DNA of 64,000 nucleotides from a virus: IMG/VR virus record IMGVR_UViG_3300020204_000007, positions 1 to 64,000 of that record; one strand, 5' to 3'. Shown piece by piece: positions 47,330 to 57,490 of this stretch (position 1 is its first letter; each line of letters starts with the position of its first letter). The notes under the pieces were generated by a model. It saw only the letters and a program-made list of their open reading frames with translations, ran no database searches and was not told where the DNA came from. The position numbers and the translations under genes were made by a program.

Positions 47330-48272
47330 GCTTTCTTTCCTTTATATAATCGGAAAAACGTTCTTCAAAACTCTTTGTTTTTGTATTATGTTTTCGTTCA
47401 CTGGAGGTTTGTTGATCTTCTGAGATGAATTTAAACTTGACTAATTTTGCTAAATTTTTATAATCTTTTGTTTTCTTAAACGCAATAATATTAAATGATG
47501 TATCTTTGATAACAATTCTGTATTCGTTTTCTGTATCTACCGCAAAATTTTTGATATCTGCAATATCAACTTGACGTGTAATAAATTTAGGCATATTTAG
47601 ATCAATAGCTTTTTCAACGGTGTAATTACCATTATCAATATTAATCAAATAAATTGATTTATTTTCTTCTTCACTAAATCTGTGTTGGCAAGGCGTTCCG
47701 GGATACCAGACTCTGTCTGCTACTGTGTGTTCGCCATGAATGTGCCCGCTAATAATTTTGCAATTTGGAATATCATCGCCATTTTCGCTTTTAAGACCAC
47801 CGTCCATTAAGCAGCCTTTAAATTCTTGATGCGCAAACAATATATGTGGCTTGCTACTAAGCATGTCAACAGCGGTTTGGAATGATCCAGGAGGGCAATA
47901 TGGAATAAACCCTAAAATCGTATCAGAAACTATTTTTTCCGTTGGCCGATCTACAACTATATAATTTTCTATTTGTTTAAATGGAGTCAAGGCATGAAAT
48001 CTTGGCAAAAAAGTTTTACTATCATTCATTTCATGATTACCGAGAATATGAATGATTTTTGTATTTCTGTTTACACACAAAAACTCTGAAAAAATAGTTA
48101 GGCAATCGTTACGAACAACGTCATGTTCATCAAATACATCGCCAAGCAAAACGACGGATTCTGGATTATATTCTTTAATTTTTTCTGTAATTGTTTTAAG
48201 TAGAAGCTCGGAACGTTTTAGTCTGCGATGAGAAAGATGAATATCACCAATGACTAAATATTTTTGATGCAT
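47289..48272 (-). CDS. sbcD: SbcD / Mre11 / gp47-like metallophosphoesterase nuclease
   Basis: GDIH, LGDVFD, LGNHE, AHQE, SGHIH, YPGTP. Confidence 0.92.
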   Translation of the reverse strand: MHQKYLVIGDIHLSHRRLKRSELLLKTITEKIKEYNPESVVLLGDVFDEHDVVRNDCLTIFSEFLCVNRNTKIIHILGNHEMNDSKTFLPRFHALTPFKQIENYIVVDRPTEKIVSDTILGFIPYCPPGSFQTAVDMLSSKPHILFAHQEFKGCLMDGGLKSENGDDIPNCKIISGHIHGEHTVADRVWYPGTPCQHRFSEEENKSIYLINIDNGNYTVEKAIDLNMPKFITRQVDIADIKNFAVDTENEYRIVIKDTSFNIIAFKKTKDYKNLAKLVKFKFISEDQQTSSERKHNTKTKSFEERFSDYIKERKLEESYQFIFNKLP

Positions 48273-48397
48273 TGCGGCTCCTTTTGTAACTACAGTATCA
48301 TCTGTAATCGCAAATTGAACACAAGACTAGTTCTATTTCCTTTTCATACTCATTTGTTTTGTTTTATATAAGTATTGCGGTTGTTTGTGGAGACAAT

Positions 48398-50320
48398 ATG
48401 AGTCGCGCTCAAAATGTTTATTTTCCCTTCTTTGTTCGCAGAAAATGGGAAAAAGATAATCAAATCATTCCGTATTTAAAAATATCTAGTCTATTGCTAG
48501 ACAAAGAAAAAAATAAAGAGAAAAAATATTTAGTTTTTTATAATCGTAAAAATCTAGAAAAAATTAAACAAATCAAGGCAAATAGATATATTCCGTTTGT
48601 CGAACCTACTAATGATTATTCTTTACAAACTACGTTTGTGATTGATTTTGATATCAAGCAAGATTTACCAGAAATTAATGCAAAGATTTTAAACGGATTT
48701 AGTACATTACATTCAATTTTAAATGGAAAATGTCTTTTAGTAAGAAGCGCAAGTGGAACCGGTTGGCATATTATTTTTGTGGCTAACGGAAATATAGAAC
48801 CCAAAAACTATCAACAGCTTCAAAAAGACATCATATCTAATTTATTTGCCGATATTGAAGAATATATTGATTACAACGCATCGTTATCAAAACGTCAAGG
48901 ATTTTACCATTTATCGTATTTTCCAGAATGGATAGAACACGGTTATATTAATATCACAAAAAAAGATCAGGGTAAGAAAAGAAATTTTTGGACAAATAAA
49001 ATCACATTAGATCCATTTGAAATTCATTCTTTACAAGATAATTTAGTTCCATTTAATAAACGAGATTGTTACAGATTAGATTCAGATATTATTAAAACTT
49101 TACAATTTATCAACCGTGCAAATGAAATAAATAACCAATCAATACAAAACCAATATATTAATAGATTTATTAATCTAATTGGCGAAATATCTGAAAGTAA
49201 AAACTTTCAGCTAAAAAATTTATTGAACAAATATAATTTAGCGTTTGTTCGGGCTAATTATCCAAACGCTGCAAATGTAATAGAAAAAGATATATTATCT
49301 ATTGCAAGATATGTTGGATATTATCGTGCAATAGATGAATTCTTATGTGCAAAAAAAACATTCCAAGAATCAAACGATATTCATAAATTTATGCTGTCTT
49401 TACGGGACATTAATTTTAATAAAAAAGTCAATGAATTTTTTGCTTCTAATGAAAAAGATAAAATCTTATTTTTTGAATCGGAAATTACTTTGTTAAACAA
49501 TGTTTTTATTGATTGTTTTGATATTTCATTAGTAAATAATCCCTTTAAAAGTTATGAAATTCTTCATTCATACGTTGAATCTTTTGAAGAAAAGAATCAA
49601 ATAAATTTAATACAATCAATAAAACGATTTATTAAATTTATTTTTGAAATTAAAAATAGCAAAAAGGCAAATTATTTAGAGAGTAATTTTGAAATTAATG
49701 AAGATTTTTCGTTTATGTTTTTAGATGGTTTATTTGCTGAAGATTTTACAAATCTATCAATATCAAAACATAATCAACAGACGTTAAAAAAGATTTGGCG
49801 TGAAGAAAAACAATGGTTATTTGTTGGATTTAAAAACCTTATTGCGGCAATTTACCAACTAAAAGTTGCTCAAAATAGTATTTTTATTGATATTGGTCTG
49901 GAAGATTTCAAAAAATATTGGAACACCCACGAAAGAAAAGCTATTGCGCTCAGACAACTGATCATGCCAAAACTATCAAAAGACATAAATGAATATAAGC
50001 CTCACTGGAAACGGCGAGGATTTATGATTGATTGGCACACAGTTTCTAATTTTTGTATCAAGAATTTTACATTTACTCCCAAATATCTAGCAGATAAAAT
50101 GGGCAATGGAAATACTTGGTCTGCTATTAGATCTTACGCGAAGCCTTTAGTTGCAAATTACGGATTATATGAAGCTTGCAAAATATTCAACGAGGCTATA
50201 TGGTTATCAGAAGCTAAGAATAAAAAACAGCGAATTAGAGAATTTGCTCTTTTTGCAAGAAAAATTTCAAAACAGTTACAGGAACAGAAATGCAAGTTAC
50301 AAGCGCAGACGGCCGTATAG
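48398..50320 (+). CDS. AEP-superfamily primase-polymerase-like replication protein (about 640 aa)
   Basis: VIDFD (motif I) and RSASGTGWHIIF (motif II); GGAG SD before ATG 48398; large uncharacterised helical C-terminus. Confidence 0.6.
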   Translation: MSRAQNVYFPFFVRRKWEKDNQIIPYLKISSLLLDKEKNKEKKYLVFYNRKNLEKIKQIKANRYIPFVEPTNDYSLQTTFVIDFDIKQDLPEINAKILNGFSTLHSILNGKCLLVRSASGTGWHIIFVANGNIEPKNYQQLQKDIISNLFADIEEYIDYNASLSKRQGFYHLSYFPEWIEHGYINITKKDQGKKRNFWTNKITLDPFEIHSLQDNLVPFNKRDCYRLDSDIIKTLQFINRANEINNQSIQNQYINRFINLIGEISESKNFQLKNLLNKYNLAFVRANYPNAANVIEKDILSIARYVGYYRAIDEFLCAKKTFQESNDIHKFMLSLRDINFNKKVNEFFASNEKDKILFFESEITLLNNVFIDCFDISLVNNPFKSYEILHSYVESFEEKNQINLIQSIKRFIKFIFEIKNSKKANYLESNFEINEDFSFMFLDGLFAEDFTNLSISKHNQQTLKKIWREEKQWLFVGFKNLIAAIYQLKVAQNSIFIDIGLEDFKKYWNTHERKAIALRQLIMPKLSKDINEYKPHWKRRGFMIDWHTVSNFCIKNFTFTPKYLADKMGNGNTWSAIRSYAKPLVANYGLYEACKIFNEAIWLSEAKNKKQRIREFALFARKISKQLQEQKCKLQAQTAV

Positions 50321-50988
50321 TTGTAATGATTACTGATGATATTTACAATAAAAGTATTTATCCTCAATGTGATTTTAGTATTATCGAATTGCCTATTGAG
50401 GCAAAAGACGCTAAAAAGATGTATCAGCAATTATTCAAAACTCAAAAAAACAATCATATTTCGTTACAATTTAGTCGTTTGCCTAAAAAACTTAGGCTAA
50501 AGGCTATGAGTAACGCTTTTATTGGTGACGAAGTCGGATTTAAATTTTATGATTATGTGACTATTGTTTCGCAACAGCCCTGCAGACAACCGCCTAATCA
50601 TCTTTCTCCTCTTGGCGAAACGGTAATTTTATTTACTAAAAACGAAGAACCAAATGTAAAAACTACTAATTGGTTTAATACAGAAGTGGGAGATTGTACA
50701 AATGTTTGGGATGTAACACTGCAACCAAAAGAAGGGGTCGGGCAAACAGTTTCTAAAAAATTTGCATGGGAGATTGGATATCTTTTAGCAAATTTAGCTA
50801 GTCCATTAATTTGTAGAAAATTTCTTGTTTTAGGTCTTCCTGAATTGTCAATGGCAAAATTTGCATTAAATTCAAATTTGCAAATGTATGCGATTACATC
50901 AGATGAATTTACCGCAAATAAAGTTATTAAAGAATACGATAAATCGCTAAAAGACGAGGTTAGTAATAAAACATGGCAAAAGAAATAA
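50290..50988 (+). CDS. Degenerate beta-class DNA amino-methyltransferase-like protein (232 aa)
   Basis: Motif order mirrors N4/N6 beta MTases (MITDDIY for DPPY; GFKFYD..; ETVILFTK; TNVWDV; KFAWEI..L...AS) but there is no FxGxG. Confidence 0.45.
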   Translation: MQVTSADGRIVVMITDDIYNKSIYPQCDFSIIELPIEAKDAKKMYQQLFKTQKNNHISLQFSRLPKKLRLKAMSNAFIGDEVGFKFYDYVTIVSQQPCRQPPNHLSPLGETVILFTKNEEPNVKTTNWFNTEVGDCTNVWDVTLQPKEGVGQTVSKKFAWEIGYLLANLASPLICRKFLVLGLPELSMAKFALNSNLQMYAITSDEFTANKVIKEYDKSLKDEVSNKTWQKK

Positions 50989-52580
50989 AGTACGGACAAG
51001 AGGCCAGAGCAAAGGCTGTAAAGGCTTTAGAAGAAATTGCTGCAATTGTAGGAAGTACTCTTGGGCCAGGCGGAAAAACTGTTCTGTTAAGTCGGCGTAA
51101 TTCTGCTGATGAAATTTCTGTTAGTCACACAAAAGATGGTTTTAATGTTTTGAATGGCCTTCGATATACCGACCCTGTTTTTGATGCTGTCCATAAACTT
51201 TGTTTACAGGCCAGTGCAAATTCTGTGGTCTCTGCTGGAGATGGTACCACATCAACCATTGTTATGGCCGCTGCGTTTGCAAATGCATTGGTCAATAGTG
51301 GAAATAATCCGCAGGCAGCGGCCAGAAAATTTCGTAAAGAAATACAAAGAGCTATTGAGGCAATTAAGCAAGAGTGTATTTCTGGTGAAGAGGCTATTTA
51401 TAAAGTTGCTCTTACTAGTAGTAACGGAGATGAAGAACTTACCTCCTATGTACTAGAAGCAATTCAACAAAGCTCTGCTTACGGAACTGTAATTGTTGAA
51501 AAAAATCCAATGTCTAGAGAACCATTTAAAATTGATAAAGAATATGGATACCAAGCGGGTACTGGATATAGTTATTACCTACCATTTGCTCAAAGCATTC
51601 GACCAAATTTAGCAAATAACGCTGAATTTACTATGAAACAATGTTTTGTAATGCCATATAATGGCGATTTAATGATGATGTCACAAGTAAAGCCAATGCT
51701 AGAAACATTAGCTCGTAATCATCAGCAATGGAATTTATTGATTGTATGCCATCAAGTAGCAGAAGATTTAGCTGCAAACTTAGCGTATTTTAATCGCCAG
51801 AATCCACAAGTAAAAGTGTTTGTGGTTCGCACAACACCATCGGCAGAACTAAATGGGCAGGTTCAGCAATTAAATGACATTGCCGCATATACTGGCGCTA
51901 AAGTTATGGATGGTGGTAGTTTGACGCACATTACTATAGAAGACTTTGGCGATTGCAAATCTGCACGTATTGGGTCGCACAAAACATTTTTACTTGGCCG
52001 ATCAGATCGAAATTGGATTATTGAACGTGCAGAACAAAATGAAGAATCTGCAAGATTAGCACCAAGTCAGATGGATAGAGATATCATTAATTCACGAAAC
52101 GCATCATTAACAGGTGGCTGCGTGAAGCTAATTATTGGCGGGACGCTATTCAGCGACTTGCAAGAACGTGCCGACAGAGCTGATGATGCGATTAAAGCTT
52201 CACAGGCATGTGGGCGGAGTGGTGCTTTGCCAGGATGTGGTGCTTCATATATGCGGGCAGGACAACTTGGCGAAGTTTCAGAAGAAGTTTTAAAAGCTCT
52301 TTCAAGTATTCATTCGGTAATCATGGAAAATTTCGGTGAGACGCCTATGAAGCAATTTAAAAAATCAGAAACTTATTTTATTACAGAAAATAATATCAAA
52401 AAAGTGAGCAATTTTGTTGATTATGGTGTTGCAGATAGTTTTGAGACAATTAAATCTGTGATTACAAATGCTTTTGAATTAGGATTATTAGTGACTAATC
52501 TTGGTGGATATAGCCTTGAAGCTGATTTAGACCAAATGGAGCAGGCCGCTAGAGCAAAAGAAATTTTAAGAGGCGTATGA
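50973..52580 (+). CDS. groEL: Phage-encoded GroEL-like chaperonin (535 aa)
   Basis: MAKEIKYGQEAR, STLGPGG, TKDG, AGDGTTS, DDAIKA, GALPGCG; no GGM tail. Confidence 0.92.
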   Translation: MAKEIKYGQEARAKAVKALEEIAAIVGSTLGPGGKTVLLSRRNSADEISVSHTKDGFNVLNGLRYTDPVFDAVHKLCLQASANSVVSAGDGTTSTIVMAAAFANALVNSGNNPQAAARKFRKEIQRAIEAIKQECISGEEAIYKVALTSSNGDEELTSYVLEAIQQSSAYGTVIVEKNPMSREPFKIDKEYGYQAGTGYSYYLPFAQSIRPNLANNAEFTMKQCFVMPYNGDLMMMSQVKPMLETLARNHQQWNLLIVCHQVAEDLAANLAYFNRQNPQVKVFVVRTTPSAELNGQVQQLNDIAAYTGAKVMDGGSLTHITIEDFGDCKSARIGSHKTFLLGRSDRNWIIERAEQNEESARLAPSQMDRDIINSRNASLTGGCVKLIIGGTLFSDLQERADRADDAIKASQACGRSGALPGCGASYMRAGQLGEVSEEVLKALSSIHSVIMENFGETPMKQFKKSETYFITENNIKKVSNFVDYGVADSFETIKSVITNAFELGLLVTNLGGYSLEADLDQMEQAARAKEILRGV

Positions 52581-52585
52581 ATTAG

Positions 52586-52837
52586 ATGAAAAAGAAATTT
52601 TCTGCAAAAATTGAATTTTTACTCCCAGATGATTTTGAAGGTTCGTATACTGACGCTCTTAAAGAATATGTAAAATATTTAGAGTTGAATGGAGCGGAGG
52701 AAACAAACATTCCTCAATTCTTGCCAGAGGATTGGCATTTTGCTTTTGCCCTTGGCCAAGGAAAGAAGTCTTGCCACAGTTATGCTATAGACTTTTTTGG
52801 AGTAGATGTTCATGATTTAGAAGAATATCTCGATTAA
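52586..52837 (+). CDS. Hypothetical acidic protein (83 aa)
   Basis: Follows the chaperonin; no GroES-like motifs. Confidence 0.55.
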   Translation: MKKKFSAKIEFLLPDDFEGSYTDALKEYVKYLELNGAEETNIPQFLPEDWHFAFALGQGKKSCHSYAIDFFGVDVHDLEEYLD

Positions 52838-52864
52838 ATATTTTTTATTTTGTTTGTTTTTTTA

Positions 52865-52873
52865 TGATATAAT
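52865..52873 (+). promoter_or_regulatory. Putative extended -10 promoter (TGATATAAT)
   Basis: Perfect TGnTATAAT with an upstream T-rich tract, about 30 nt before ATG 52903 and its AAGGAG SD. Confidence 0.55.
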
Positions 52874-52902
52874 AATCTATCTTTCACAAAAGGAGTGTTT
52901 GT

Positions 52903-54747
52903 ATGTCCCAGATTAAGAAAAAGTTTATTAAGAATAATGCTGTCGATGGCGCGAAGCTATTACTTCTTAATGAGCAATCCATCCGTGCCCTTGATGCTAG
53001 TGGTAATGCTGTTGAGCTTATGAAGCTTGATGCTTCTGGCGATCTCCGTTTGCTAGTCCTTCCAAAATCAGATGCCGATCCTACTTCATCTGAGCATTTG
53101 GCTCGTAAAGGCTATGTTGATGCTGAAGTTGCTGGCGCTTTAAGTTCTGCAAATAGCTATGCCGATGCGCAAATTGCTGCGACAGTAGGTGCTGCACCTG
53201 ATCTTCTTAATACTCTCCAAGAACTTGCTTCTGCTCTTGGCGATGATGCTAACTTTGCTTCTACAATCGCTAGCCAAATTTCTGCTCTTGATGGTCGTTT
53301 AGACACACTTGAAGGCGACGATAGCGTAGCTGATTCTGTCGAACAAAGAATTTCTGAGCGTTTGAGCCCTTCTGATTCTCGCAGAATGCTTTATGTAGAC
53401 CTTACTGCTCCTGGCGGTTGGCATAAACCAACAGAAAGTCTTTCTTATACTCCAGATGGTACTATTTTCAAACCGTTCAATGACATCCAAGCTGCAATTA
53501 ACCACGGTTATACGCAATTAGATGACATGGTTTATGGAGCTAGTGACGCAAACCATGACTTCTGTGTTGTTGTTCGCGCTCTTGCTTCTGGTGATGCCAC
53601 TGGTTCTGATGTCAGCATGCAAACTGGTAATAATGCAAGACCTTTGAGCATTGTTATTGACCCAAGTGCAATTCGCCAAGCTGCTGGATTAAACGCGCTT
53701 TCTTCAGCTGGCGGCGGTAAAATGACGCTTATGGTTGAAGACGGAAATTTTGGTGCTATCATTCCAATTAAATTGATTGGTACTATCACAATTAGCGGTC
53801 AATATACAACACGCGTTAAGCTCAAAAATGTGTTTATCGAGGCTCCTGGGTTCACTTCTGCTAACCCTCCTACAGTTGTTACAATTAACGGTACTGCTGG
53901 TAGACATTATTTTGATAACTGTAACCTCATGGGTAAAGTTGCATTCCAAGGCGCATGGGCTCGTTGGCATGACTTTTATAACTGTGCAACACACGGTTAT
54001 GTTCTAAGCGGTACATCTACAGGTTCTGTTTATTCTTACAACACAATTGTAGATGGATCAACATCAGTTGGCACTGGTATTATGGCGTTTAACACGTCTG
54101 ACCGCATCCACTCTGTTTCACACACAGCTGGTATTCTTCTTATGACCAGATGTGCGCTTACAAACTCTGCTGGTGTTGTATCTTCAGCCGCTGCTCCTGG
54201 CGCTCTCTCTTTAAGAGACGTTAACTTTCATAACGGTACTGCTTACTGCGCATTAACTAAATCTGGTTCCGCACCATACATGTTCAGCAATGTCATAAGA
54301 AGTGACGCGGCTGACGAAGGAATGGTTGGAACAAGACTAGTTCTTGGTGCATCATCTGCAGACTTAAAGTTCGTTTCACAAGATGCGGGTAAATGGAATG
54401 CTGGTTCTAACCCAATTAGCGTTAGATCTGCACTTGATGAAGTTGCTGGAAAAATCTCCAATTTAAGTCAATCGTTAGATAACCGTTATCCTGTTTCTGG
54501 AGTTGCAGTTTTAACCGCTCAAGATATTGCAAACGGATATCTTGCACTTGGTGCGCCAATGAGCTCAATTGTGCCATCTTCTATTCTTGCATGGGTTGAT
54601 CGTTTGGCTATTTTTGAAAATAGTGATTTCGCCTTACTTGATACTGGTACAGATACTCATTTGGTGTTTGACGGAAGTCTCATGCCAGGCGGTGATGAAG
54701 CTCTTGCTGTAGGCGATAGAATTCGTTTTCAGTACTGGGTTGTGTAA
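52903..54747 (+). CDS. Tail/head fibre-like virion protein with a beta-helix-like middle region (614 aa)
   Basis: LARKGYVD and GAAPDLLNTLQELASALGDDANFASTI fibre repeat; DGTIFKPFNDIQAAIN motif typical before a beta-helix; own promoter and terminator. Confidence 0.7.
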   Translation: MSQIKKKFIKNNAVDGAKLLLLNEQSIRALDASGNAVELMKLDASGDLRLLVLPKSDADPTSSEHLARKGYVDAEVAGALSSANSYADAQIAATVGAAPDLLNTLQELASALGDDANFASTIASQISALDGRLDTLEGDDSVADSVEQRISERLSPSDSRRMLYVDLTAPGGWHKPTESLSYTPDGTIFKPFNDIQAAINHGYTQLDDMVYGASDANHDFCVVVRALASGDATGSDVSMQTGNNARPLSIVIDPSAIRQAAGLNALSSAGGGKMTLMVEDGNFGAIIPIKLIGTITISGQYTTRVKLKNVFIEAPGFTSANPPTVVTINGTAGRHYFDNCNLMGKVAFQGAWARWHDFYNCATHGYVLSGTSTGSVYSYNTIVDGSTSVGTGIMAFNTSDRIHSVSHTAGILLMTRCALTNSAGVVSSAAAPGALSLRDVNFHNGTAYCALTKSGSAPYMFSNVIRSDAADEGMVGTRLVLGASSADLKFVSQDAGKWNAGSNPISVRSALDEVAGKISNLSQSLDNRYPVSGVAVLTAQDIANGYLALGAPMSSIVPSSILAWVDRLAIFENSDFALLDTGTDTHLVFDGSLMPGGDEALAVGDRIRFQYWVV

Positions 54748-54768
54748 TTAAAAAATTACATATAAATT

Positions 54769-54799
54769 AAAGAGCCGGTGAAAAACCGGCTCTTTTTTT
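54769..54799 (+). terminator. Rho-independent terminator
   Basis: aaagagccggt-gaaaa-accggctcttt followed by a T run. Confidence 0.85.
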
Positions 54800-55087
54800 A
54801 TTTAATTATTAAAATATAATTAACTTATCAAGTCAATAGAAAATAAATATTCAGAAATTTGTGTATCTATAAAATTTAAACATTTATTTAATGATTTTGT
54901 TTCAAACATTGGAGATTTGAATTCATTTTGATTAATTTTATGATTAAAATTCAATTTGTATTTTTTATTTAACTTTCAAAAACAATCATTGATCCAAAAA
55001 TTGTTTTAAATTCAATTCTAAAATAACGGAACACCAGTCATTTTAACCCTTCGTGGTTATTATAAGTATAATGCAAATTCCTCAATA

Positions 55088-56947
55088 TCAAAGCTTAATA
55101 ATGTAGTAATTTACGACATAGTTCGCGCTATCTGTTGTTTGCGAGGTCGTAAAGCTGAAACTATTACTCGCTTTAGCGGTTATTACAGATGACAAATGCC
55201 GAGGAGTGGTGTCAACCGTATTTGAAATGTCCATAAGAACCACATAGCTTGTAGACCCAATATCGCTGAATGAAACCGTAAAAGTAGAAACCTGCGATGT
55301 CATGGGTGAAGTACCATAGCGAACAACGCCTGAGATGGTGTTTGCCGCCACATAAGCCTTCATTGCCGAGATAGAAGGAGCCTGATCCGTTTCACTTCCG
55401 GCAGTCGAGTTTACAACCGCCGCAGTTCTTGCGCGAGCAGTTGTGAAATACTGATTACTTCCTTCAGTGATTACACTTGTGGTTGTGTCGATTGCAGCTT
55501 GCAATTTCGTGATTGCGCTCGCAACAGACGTATTAGCAAGATAAATGTTAGAAGCATAATAAATAACAGCACCAGCAGAACCGTCAATTGCTTTACCTGT
55601 TCCAGCTGCAATATTGAAAGAACAATTAAGAACAGTGCAAACTGTTCCAGCCGCAATTAAAATACCTGACTTATTAGCAGTACCGTTTTGGATTAAACTC
55701 AGTGCTGCAGTGAATCCGCCTGTTCCGGCCATTTCAATAACATAGTCTTTATCAGAGATAATTTGACTATTTGAAATAGATGAAACAACAGAATTATTGC
55801 TCATCTTAATTGCTCTTGCCGAAACATCTGTTGAATAAAGGCGGTAAATCTCAGAGTTGAATGCTGAGAAAAGTTGACCTTTAATCAAGTCAAGCGCGTG
55901 TCCTGCACCCGTACCAACACAATTGATAACAGTATTATCAAGGTATAGCCGTGAAAGACTTGGAGCTGTGTTGTTCATTGACACCGCACTATATCCTGCA
56001 CTTGTTTGGTGAACTTGAGAGTTAATAAGCTGCAAAATAACTTGTTGATTACCGGTATAATTCAGAACATTTCTTGTCCCGCCTAAAAGATTAGCCACGA
56101 GGATGTTGCTGATAGATGAAATGTTTGCAAATATTCCACCGGGTTCAGCAATACCAATTGCAAAATCAATACCGCCCTTAATAGAAACAGCTTGGATATT
56201 CTTTCTTGGAGCTTGGAGACCAACAAGGTGTGTATTTGAGCGAGTCCAGCTCAACGTCTCATTGTAAACACCTGGGTAAATATAAATAACACAGTCTTCG
56301 ATATTTGCTCCAGCAACAGGTGCAGGCAAGGAATCCATTGCAGCCTGAACTGTTCTATAAGGAGCAGCTTCTGAACCATTTCCAGTTGAGTCTGAACCAT
56401 TATATGCAACATAACGGCTGTATTCTGGTCTGAATTGGATAGCACCTTTAACTGAAGAAACAGATGGAGCTTGGTTCGTTTGGGAACCAGCCATTGAATC
56501 AACGACAGCTGCAGTTTGAGCTAATGCGTCTGAGAAGTATTTATTGATAGCACCTTCAGAAACATCATCCGTATCAAGAACAACATCACCAATCTCTCCG
56601 TTCACAGAAGTAACTGGAGCCGACAAATCTGGTAATTGAGAAGATGGAATTTTACCATTCCCATCAAGAGTAGCTACGCCGTCGGGCGAACCTTTTTCTG
56701 AATTTTGAACTGTATTATCTGCAGTGTTTAGCCTTTGCCATTCCAAACTATTATATATAATCCAATCACCAACTTCCCAATTAGATACTCCATCAATTAG
56801 TGTTGTGCCTGCAACAGAGACAATATAATAGTTTCCGCTAACACCAAGACCGCTATTTAACTCTGGTAAATTAGCGTTTGCGTCCCACGTTCCTTTATAA
56901 GTCAAAACTCCTAATTTATTAGACGCAAATTTTTTTAAAAAACTCAT
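55088..56947 (-). CDS. Fibre / tailspike-like virion protein with DUF1565-like motif and beta-helix (619 aa)
   Basis: YKGTWDAN..GNYYIVSVAG..VGDWII; GVATLDGNGKIPSSQLP; VTSVNGEIGDVVL; YVAYNGSDSTGNGSEAAPYRTVQAAM; IYIYPGVYNE. Confidence 0.75.
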   Translation of the reverse strand: MSFLKKFASNKLGVLTYKGTWDANANLPELNSGLGVSGNYYIVSVAGTTLIDGVSNWEVGDWIIYNSLEWQRLNTADNTVQNSEKGSPDGVATLDGNGKIPSSQLPDLSAPVTSVNGEIGDVVLDTDDVSEGAINKYFSDALAQTAAVVDSMAGSQTNQAPSVSSVKGAIQFRPEYSRYVAYNGSDSTGNGSEAAPYRTVQAAMDSLPAPVAGANIEDCVIYIYPGVYNETLSWTRSNTHLVGLQAPRKNIQAVSIKGGIDFAIGIAEPGGIFANISSISNILVANLLGGTRNVLNYTGNQQVILQLINSQVHQTSAGYSAVSMNNTAPSLSRLYLDNTVINCVGTGAGHALDLIKGQLFSAFNSEIYRLYSTDVSARAIKMSNNSVVSSISNSQIISDKDYVIEMAGTGGFTAALSLIQNGTANKSGILIAAGTVCTVLNCSFNIAAGTGKAIDGSAGAVIYYASNIYLANTSVASAITKLQAAIDTTTSVITEGSNQYFTTARARTAAVVNSTAGSETDQAPSISAMKAYVAANTISGVVRYGTSPMTSQVSTFTVSFSDIGSTSYVVLMDISNTVDTTPRHLSSVITAKASNSFSFTTSQTTDSANYVVNYYIIKL

Positions 56948-57033
56948 TTGAAAAAAAACCTCTATAAAAGTTTTAACATAAATATCATTATATAATAATA
57001 TGATATCATTAATTATAATACAAAGGATTTATT

Positions 57034-57441
57034 ATGCAATTTGGAATTCAACCAATTGAATATTATGGCAATATTAATGATTTTACAACTGTAAAAAGCT
57101 GGGATGTTTCTGGCGGCAGTCCAGCTACGTTGTATTTTATTCTGACTAAAACAGATGGATTAGGAACCAAACGGTTTATTACTGATAATTCTACTACAGT
57201 CAATGTTTTATTTTTAAGATCTAGGCCAGCAAAAAGCGGGGAGTCTGCAAAAACAATTTCCAAAACAGCCGTTGCTGTTTCTCCAAATGATAAATCTTTG
57301 TTTCAAATAAATTTATCAGCAGAAGATGCTTCCAATATACTTTCCGGATCAGTCCAGTTGGTAGTAACCATCAGTGGTGTTCAAAACAAGAGTAGTGTGC
57401 CATATATAATCAAAAAAAGTATTTCTTCCCCTGGATTTTGA
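57034..57441 (+). CDS. Hypothetical beta-rich virion protein (135 aa)
   Basis: AAGGA SD; beta-sandwich-like pattern. Confidence 0.55.
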   Translation: MQFGIQPIEYYGNINDFTTVKSWDVSGGSPATLYFILTKTDGLGTKRFITDNSTTVNVLFLRSRPAKSGESAKTISKTAVAVSPNDKSLFQINLSAEDASNILSGSVQLVVTISGVQNKSSVPYIIKKSISSPGF

Positions 57442-57490
57442 TGTATAATTTGTGTAGTTTAACTCTTTCTTCTTTAATAGAGGTGTATTT

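Noticed and set aside
52586-52837. GroES co-chaperonin
   Set aside because: Size and position fit, but it lacks the PLxDRV and mobile-loop GGI motifs.
54820-55045. Possible decayed small ORF or origin in the AT-rich gap between convergent fibre genes
   Set aside because: Only short minus-strand fragments that need a frameshift to join; no recognisable homology or iterons.
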